Shown here: piece after piece, positions 56,136 through 64,000 of the stretch | How positions within the stretch are numbered: position 1 is the stretch's first letter | How the letters are laid out: each line of letters opens with the position of its first letter | NCBI GenBank assembly: GCA_040954595.2 | Contig: CM082590.2 | Span: 7,750,001 to 7,814,000 of the forward strand | Origin: Balanoglossus misakiensis | Taxonomy: Eukaryota > Animalia > Hemichordata | Direction: 5' to 3' | Length of the DNA: 64,000 nucleotides | Notes under the pieces: model-generated | Databases searched by the model: none | Told to the model about the DNA's origin: nothing | The model's input: only the letters and a program-made list of their open reading frames with translations | Made by a program: the position numbers and the translations under genes

Positions 56136-56865
56136 ATGCATGCACATGAGAGACAGACAGTCAGTCAGAGATAGAGAGAAACAGATCAAGAAAACCAGAG
56201 CGAACGCACAAAAAAGTTACACAGGCAGACCAAGGCACGCACAGACAAACAGCAAGACACTCAAGGCGGAGATATAACAGATTGCCAACTCCGCTTCACA
56301 ATCAACTCACAATCAAACGACCGACGGACTAACGGCCATATCCGGTATCACACCCACCCTCCAACCATTTCCCACTCCAACCAACATCTGTTTGCGTTCA
56401 GGGTTTATTTCAGGCCCCATCGTAATGTAAGGACACAGAGAGAACTCAACGCTATCAAATGAAAATCTAAAGACCACAAATTGGCTATCAGGTGACTCCC
56501 CAGCCCAGCTAATGTCAAACTTTTCTCAAGCTCCGCCAAATTCTGTCGCACGTCATCTATTTTTACTTCACTGTAAAAATTATATCCCAAAATATTTTTC
56601 CTCTTAGTTGTAATGACAGGAATATTTATATCGTTAAGATTTTATGTCCCAGTGTAAGTACGTGGACTTAATTACCACTGAAAACAATGTGAGAAAGATT
56701 AAATGGTATTATATTTCAATGTCTACAATTTCCGGCGATTTCGTTTGACTTATAAAATTATCAAGGGATTTTCCCTTTTTCTCATCTAGGCTGTTTCCAA
56801 ATATTCCTTCAAAGATGTAGAAAACTGCACAGAGTTTTGAAAACTGTATAAAACTGAACATTTTT

Positions 56866-57174
56866 TAAAGTGACAATGTCTCTCTCTCGCTGCCCCTTTT
56901 CCATTAGTTAGGTTTGATACAAGACACTGGTTATGTTATTCTACATGTGGGTATATAGTGAATCAACATTAAACCACACACAACTTCCTAACGTGTAGCC
57001 AAAATGAATTATCGGTCTCTACCATTTCAAATACAGTTTTTACAAATGGGATGGAAGTTGTGTGTGGTTGAACGTTCATTCACTACATATCCACATGTAC
57101 ATAAACATAACAGTGTCTTGTATCAAACATATTTAATGGAAAAAGGACAGTGAGAGAGAGACTTTGTCCCTTTA
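56866..57174. mobile_element. AGGGACAAAG palindromic MITE copy in the GLI intron
   Basis: Same arms as 27287-27641. Half copies also at 1-168 and 51439-51605. Confidence 0.8.
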
Positions 57175-58091
57175 GGAAGTCCAGAAATTTCCGGCGTAAA
57201 AAATCTGCAGTTCCCTGATATGGCACTAGGCAACTCAACAAGCTAGTTGGCACACTCGCCTTGTTGACTTAAGATATGGAGTGTTTGAACAATGGTGCTT
57301 TACTGTGTATTAAATAAACTCTGACAAGTGGATTACAAATTTACCGAGATTACACTCAACCAGGTATGTCTACAAACACCAATCTGTTAAATAAACTCAC
57401 ACACAAGTACTCTGGCAAATACTCATGGTTACTGTGGTATTGCATACTGTATACTGTAAAACGGGAAATTTTCATGACATGAAATTTTCGCGATATCAAA
57501 AGAGGCAACTGCTATGCGACTATTAATTTTCGTATTCTCTTATTTCACTGCATCGTTCTCTCTGAAAAACATATTTACACGACTTTTTTTGTTTTCGCGT
57601 TTTTTGGCTCTCGCTTAGTTCACGAAAACTTATCCTTCGCGTATTTAGAGTTACTAAAACTGTTTTGCATTATGCTGGGGTCATGTATTGTAGCAGAAAC
57701 TCCTTCAGACAAAACCTCTTTTTCGTAATGTTCGACAAACATTCACAAGATTTCTCTTTGAGTGCGACAATCTGTGATATTTTCATACCCCTGGGAGGAC
57801 ATTTCATGTTTTTGTTTCTCATGAATATTCATTACTTGTGTTTGGCCGTGACCACTAACAAGGCATAATGTTACAAGTATTTGGTAATTAGCCACTACTG
57901 TGATTAAAGGTTATGTAGCAACTGGAACAGCCAGAGGTCAAGGGTCGCTCGCTAAAGGGCCAATGACCACCTTCCAAAGTCACCTATCCCAATTAATCCC
58001 TCCAACAAAAGGCGAAAGTCTCAAACTAAAACTGCTTCTCTTTTCAGAAGTTACCACAAATACTGTTTTATTTTAAATGCATGCGTTGTTT

Positions 58092-58430
58092 ATCAATCAA
58101 TCAATCAATCAATCAATCAGAGAAATTTGTATAGCGCCAGTATCTATACAAGTGTCACACACTCAAAGGCGCTTGCGCTCATTAACCCACACCATATGCT
58201 CTTGCGAAATAATGCGTCTTCAGTCTTTTCTTAAAGATGCTCAAACTTGGAGCTTGACGAATGTCTTGTGGAAAAGTGTCACACACTCAAAGGCGCTTGC
58301 GCTCATTAACCCACACCATATGCTCTTGCGAAATAATGCGTCTTCAGTCTTTTCTTAAAGATGCTCAAACTTGGAGCTTGACGAATGTCTTGTGGAAAAG
58401 TGTCACACACTCAAAGGCGCTTGCGAAAAA
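58092..58430 (-). mobile_element. 3' end of an L2/CR1-type LINE with an internal 124-bp tandem duplication
   Basis: (TTGA)n tail; minus-strand FKKRLKTHYF; aagtgtcacacactcaaaggcgcttgcg recurs at 58150, 58274 and 58398. Confidence 0.7.
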
Positions 58431-59417
58431 ATGTTGTTTATCAGCTGTTTCTCAAAACAACTGGATACAATGAAGAATATTTCAAAAGAATACAAGCGCT
58501 ATTCACCACATCAACATTCAATGTTCATAAGAACGAATGCAGAATTTGACATTGAAAATTCTTCACTAAATGGACTTGGAGTGATTGACCTCAGTATCTG
58601 TGAATGAAGTGTACGGCCAAGGGCATGTACTACTTATCTCACGATGCACGATGGACAAGCATCTTGGCATAAAACGACACCAACTTGTAGACCTGGGGGA
58701 GGGGTGGGGGTCACGGATGCCGCTACAAGGTATGTGCTGCCTGCTGAGCCAGGGACTGGACTCTGTCCCACCAATGGCATTTGTGACCCCCCGGGGGAGG
58801 GTGGAGTATCATCCGTGACCCACCCCCTGGTGGTTATATCAAACACCGGTCCACAACAGTGTGCCCGCTAACAAACATAATTTTTAAAAGCTTTGAGTCA
58901 ATTTTAAGATTTCTAGTAATTTCTCTGAGTCAGCCCTCTACCTCTGCAAGTAGTGTGGATAATTTTCTCGAGTCACCAGTGAGTTTGTTGAGTCAGTGGT
59001 GTGTCATATAAGCTTAGAGTGCACACTAGTCCACAAGTTAATGACATTTTTTTATGCCAAGCCCGGAATTGGTGTCCCTATCAGTAAGCTTATTTAGATG
59101 GACCAATTTAAGTTGGAAAATAAAATCATGAAAATAATGCAAAAAGTGGCAGCTCTAGAGGCTTTAATATCATTTGTATGCTAAGCCCGGAACTGGTCCC
59201 GGAACAGCCACTCCGGGACATGTCCCCACCACAGCCCTGACCTGGCAATGCCGATCTCCAATGACTGACAGCACACCACATCGGTCAATGAACAGCTGTA
59301 TCGATCGAAACACACCCCCACACAACCATTCTTGTCGCTCACAAAAAACACCAACACTCGCTCGTCAAAGAGGACAGCGACAGCGACAAAGCTCAACACA
59401 TGGACGCACACACAAAG

Positions 59418-59426
59418 GACCACCCA
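59418..59426 (+). promoter_or_regulatory. Perfect GLI consensus binding site GACCACCCA inside the GLI intron
   Basis: Sequence aagGACCACCCAggtt, an exact match to the established GLI/Ci consensus. Function unproven. Confidence 0.45.
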
Positions 59427-59562
59427 GGTTGAACGCGACATGAGAGAAAAAAGAACGAATAATAATTCATCATCTGGGCAATAAACAAACAAGGGACTGT
59501 GTTAGCCTGACTGCTCACTGACTATGTTAAGAACGCAACAAACTGATACATAGTGCTTAGAA

Positions 59563-59766
59563 TACTGTAAAACGGGTTATTTTCGCGACAGGAAATCTTT
59601 GCGATATCAAAAGAGGCAACTGTTAGTGTAACGCGAGGATTATTTTCACGTTTTCGTATAGATATCTCCGGAAAAAAATTCACGCGACTTTTTATTTTCA
59701 TGTTTTTGGGGATCTCGCGTATTTTGCTCAAATTTACTGCTAGCGAAAATAACCCGTTTTACAGTA
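59563..59766. mobile_element. TACTGTAAAAC MITE family copy
   Basis: tactgtaaaacgggttattttcgc...gcgaaaataacccgttttacagta. Partial copies at 57451-57640 and 63949-64000. Confidence 0.85.
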
Positions 59767-60507
59767 CATCTCACGTGCTTAGAATACACCCTCCGATCAA
59801 ACTTTTTGCGAAATTCTGTTCGTGCGAAACACTATTCAACAAAACTAATTCCTGAGTACAATTAAAGGGACACACCACCCCACAATCAACAACCGCACAC
59901 ATTATTGTCGTTTTTCTCTGAAGTGACAAATTTTTGTTTAATCGGACACAGATCTCATCAATTCCGCTCACTGACAAACAGGAAACTCATCAACCTGTAT
60001 CGCCCGTAATTAACAGGGAGAAAAATGTGACCTGTTTGTTAGAAGACTACTTCAATGACAGCGAAATTCTTACAAACACATCTTTGTGTTACTGAAGCAC
60101 AGATAACGACATACTGCAGTCCTAACACCCCCTTGCCTCATGGTTTGGTCCAAATCTGTACCCTTCTATGGTAAACCACATATAGACACTAATAATTGTC
60201 AACTCTCGTACAGAAAAAAGTTTCACTCTATAAATTATGTAAAATTAATGTGATATCTGAATTGAAAACGCTCTTCTTTGTCCAGATAAAACTGGTCGCC
60301 TATAAATTATTGTGTCATCTTATCTGATTGTTAGTCATTCACATTTAATATTTAACTGTGATATACGAGTACTTGAACTCTGTAACTGGATTTACATTCA
60401 TTTATTGACCTCCTTTTTCACCCTTTCCTTCTAAAGTTGGTCTCAAGAACAGATGAGGATGTGTGAGTGGGGTACTGTGGCATTTTCATCTCTCCTCTTT
60501 CACTTAA

Positions 60508-60519
60508 TCTCTCTCTCCT

Positions 60520-60557
<38 letters not shown>

Positions 60558-60588
60558 ATCTCTCTCTGTGTCTCTCTCTCTCTCTATT

Positions 60589-60634
<46 letters not shown>

Positions 60635-60654
60635 ACTCTCTCTCTCTCTGTCTC

Positions 60655-60687
<33 letters not shown>

Positions 60688-60796
60688 ATCTCACTCTCTC
60701 TCTCTCTGTCTCTCTCTCTGTCTCTCTCTCTCTCTATTTCTCTCTATCTCACTCTCTCTCTCTCTGTCTCTCTCTCTGTCTCTCTCTCTCTCTATT

Positions 60797-60844
<48 letters not shown>

Positions 60845-60852
60845 ACTCTCTC

Positions 60853-60896
<44 letters not shown>

Positions 60897-60904
60897 ACTC
60901 TCTC

Positions 60905-60948
<44 letters not shown>

Positions 60949-60994
60949 ACTCTCTCTCTCTCTGTCTCTCTCTCTGTCTCTCTCTCTCTCTATT

Positions 60995-61042
<48 letters not shown>

Positions 61043-61050
61043 ACTCTCTC

Positions 61051-61094
<44 letters not shown>

Positions 61095-61102
61095 ACTCTC
61101 TC

Positions 61103-61146
<44 letters not shown>

Positions 61147-61154
61147 ACTCTCTC

Positions 61155-61198
<44 letters not shown>

Positions 61199-61206
61199 AC
61201 TCTCTC

Positions 61207-61250
<44 letters not shown>

Positions 61251-61258
61251 ACTCTCTC

Positions 61259-61298
<40 letters not shown>

Positions 61299-61306
61299 AC
61301 TCTCTC

Positions 61307-61354
<48 letters not shown>

Positions 61355-61468
61355 ACTCTCTCTCTCTCTGTCTCTCTCTCTGTCTCTCTCTCTCTCTATT
61401 TCTCTCTCTTTCTCTCTCTCTCTCTCTATCTCACTCTCTCTCTCTCTGTCTCACTCTCTCTCTCTCTC

Positions 61469-61531
<63 letters not shown>
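60508..61531. repeat. ~1 kb interrupted (CT)n/(GA)n tract
   Basis: Directly visible, with recurring interruptions tatctcac, tgtc and tatttc. Confidence 0.98.
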
Positions 61532-61534
<3 letters not shown>

Positions 61535-61887
61535 AAACAGACAGAGATAGAGGGATGAACAAGTCTATTAATCTATGTATATACAGTGGTATGCTTGCAT
61601 ACATATTTGTGTGTGTGCACGCACATGTATATAGATATACACATTAACAGTAACTAAAACTATAAAGGCATATTAGCAAAGTATCAAAATGACAAACATG
61701 GAATTAACGAGCAGATGACAAACGAGATTGTGAAGTTGAAACCCTACTGCACAGAGTGTGTGAGTTTGAGGATTCTCAACTCCTACACAAAGCGCAGGAA
61801 ATGATGTGTAGGTGAGATGTTTACTACCAGTGTTGGGGGCCCATCAGTATATTTAACACACCTTCCTACGAAAACATTGCAGATGCA

Positions 61888-62485
61888 TGTGAATAGATGA
61901 TTTTACCCTTATTGCTAGTTCTCATGACTTGGTGAATTACTGTAGCACAAACTATAAGTGTGTGTTCTAGTTTCATAGAAAGCTTGACTAGTATACTGGC
62001 GTAGCAACCAGTTGCTACAGTAATTCACCGAGTCTTGTGAGATCTCATTGTGAAAAGATGATTGTCCCCTCATTGCGAGATCTCGCGTGATTTGGTGAAA
62101 CACTGTTGCACAAACTAAGCGTGTGTTCTAGTTTCATAGAAAGCTTGGCTTGTATATTTAGCTAGTTGCTACAGTAATTAACCAAGTCTCGCAAGATCTC
62201 TCATTGTGAATAGATGACTTTCCCCTTATTGCGAGATCTCGCGAAACTTGGTGAAATACTGTAGCACAAACTATATGCGTGTGTTCGAGTTTCATACAAA
62301 ACTTGACTTGTATACTGGCCTAGCAACCAGTTGCTACAGTAATTAACCAAGTCTTGCCAGATCTCTCTTTGTGAATAGATGATTTTCCCCTTATTGCGAG
62401 ATCTCGGGAGACTTGGTTAATTACTTATAGCAACTGGTTGCTATAACCAAATATAAAGTCATGCTTTGTATGAAACTAGAAAACT
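61888..62485. repeat. Tandem ~160-bp repeats ending in an inverted copy
   Basis: gtgaatagatgattttccccttattgcgagatctc recurs near 61889, 62050, 62206 and 62371. tagcaaccagttgctacagtaattaaccaagtct (62321) is inverted at 62409-62443. Confidence 0.85.
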
Positions 62486-62582
62486 ACATACTTTTAACAC
62501 AATGGGCCATGCAGTCAAGATTTTTTAATTGAAGTTTAAGAGTATCACTCAAATCCACTGAAAGCAAAATCGGCTCACTAGA

Positions 62583-62674
62583 TTAACCCTTTCACCACAA
62601 TGGTTCAGTCCAAAACCATTGCTTTCTATGGTGAAGTTGGACCTCTAAAGAGGGAAAGAGGGGTGAAAGCTTAA
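62583..62674. mobile_element. ~90 bp piggyBac-like MITE, opposite orientation to the 54616 copy
   Basis: ttaaccctttcaccacaatggttcagtccaaa...ggggtgaaagcttaa. Confidence 0.75.
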
Positions 62675-64000
62675 GTACATGTATCATGGTTTATGACACG
62701 TACATCCTGTCACTAACAACTACTCTTGACTTTCAACAATCCTTGAGGTTTTGTTTTCTGTGAAAAGACGTCCATGACCTTCACCAATGACAATGAGAAA
62801 CAGCACTTAGAGTTTCGGACAAACAAGTCCAAGTTTGTACCAACTATGACTTCTAGTTCTACTTGTTCCAGCTTTTTATGTGATTCTTCACTGCCTACAT
62901 ATCTTTTCTTTCTTTCTCAACAGTCCTAATTCTCTGACCAAACTATAGTTTTTTCAGTCAAAATTACTGTGATGTATGCAGTGTTTTCATGCTGATTCAA
63001 TTCACAGATAAGTTTAATCAACTGATGTCAGAATTGCATTTTAATTTACAATACCCAACATCTTCTTGGACTCATTGTTAGAATTTTTTTAAATATATGT
63101 ATTATCGTCTCACACGGATTTCCTTGTACTGTGTTGTGTTCGACTTTTGGGTTTCACCTATTTCTAACCAACATTAATTAGCAAGTGAAAGAAACCTACC
63201 AAACTGGTTTCCGTGGAAACTTGATAAAAAGGAGTCTTACTTTACTCGTCACTGTTTTCTTCTCTCTTTAGTTCCTGTTTGTCGACAAAGAATCCTCTCA
63301 AGTTTAACCCCCTCTGAGAGAATCCGTTTTATTCACTATTTGACGAAGGCTAACTTAGAAGGCTGCCATTTTGTTTCTTATTTAATCCTGCCATTCAATG
63401 TCATAGTCACCTTGTCGTCATCCTTCAAAAAATAACTTTTCTTAATTTTTGTCTCAAATTTTGATTAAGAACTGAAGACAATAGAATATTACGTACATTT
63501 GGTCTAAAACTAAGGGGGAAAGATCGAGAAAAATGTGTGAAAATGTGACTTTTTTTTCTCTGCGACCAAGGTACACGTCGGTAACCGAACCAGGCCCGAT
63601 CGTTTACAGTATAAACAAGAAAGTTAACCAGCCTTACAGAGCTTCCGCGCGGCCCGCGACATCAATCCCCCGCATTCTCTAATTCTCATTAAAAGTTTTT
63701 TGAAAGAAAACATTCTTTTCAGCCCCGGGCAGGAAATTCCCAGTTAAAACCCGAGGATCATTACGACTTGCATCACAGGATCTGGACGGGTTCCGTGCGG
63801 TTCCCCGAGCAGGTCAAATAGCACCCCTAACTAATGTGATATTCTCTCTACGACCAATAAAACATTTGAAGGGGGGTGTAATGTAGAGTTTTACAGAAGG
63901 AAACATACATATTCATGAGTGAACTTCATGTGCCTCGACAAGCTGTAATACTGTAAAACACTTTATTTCCGCGAGCAATAAATTTTCGCAAAATACGCGA

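Noticed and set aside
60453-61558. Three ORFs of 321-365 aa (poly-SL)
   Set aside because: Translation of a (CT)n tract that lacks stop codons.

Overview
AT-rich, intron-containing eukaryotic DNA. The gene content and repeat types suggest a marine invertebrate, possibly a deuterostome (inference). In order, the window holds: (1) the last two coding exons of an uncharacterised + strand gene (398-1409); (2) a complete 15-exon mitochondrial 4-aminobutyrate aminotransferase gene (ABAT, - strand, 4498-16848, 511 aa); (3) three tandem 3-exon genes for secreted Cys-rich 'short-chain collagen C4-like' domain proteins lacking a Gly-X-Y region (- strand, 19598-25709); (4) a ~17 kb non-coding island built of successive tandem arrays (28.0-45.2 kb), including a putative spliced lncRNA made of repeated exon/intron cassettes and an array of five tRNA-like Pol III heads; (5) the 3' part of a GLI/Cubitus interruptus zinc-finger gene (- strand, 4 exons, 48774-53539), whose upstream intron appears to run to the window end and contains a perfect GLI consensus site. 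Many palindromic MITEs, LINE 3' ends and micro/minisatellites are interspersed. All exon boundaries were read by eye from GT/AG sites and phase continuity; no database searches were run.
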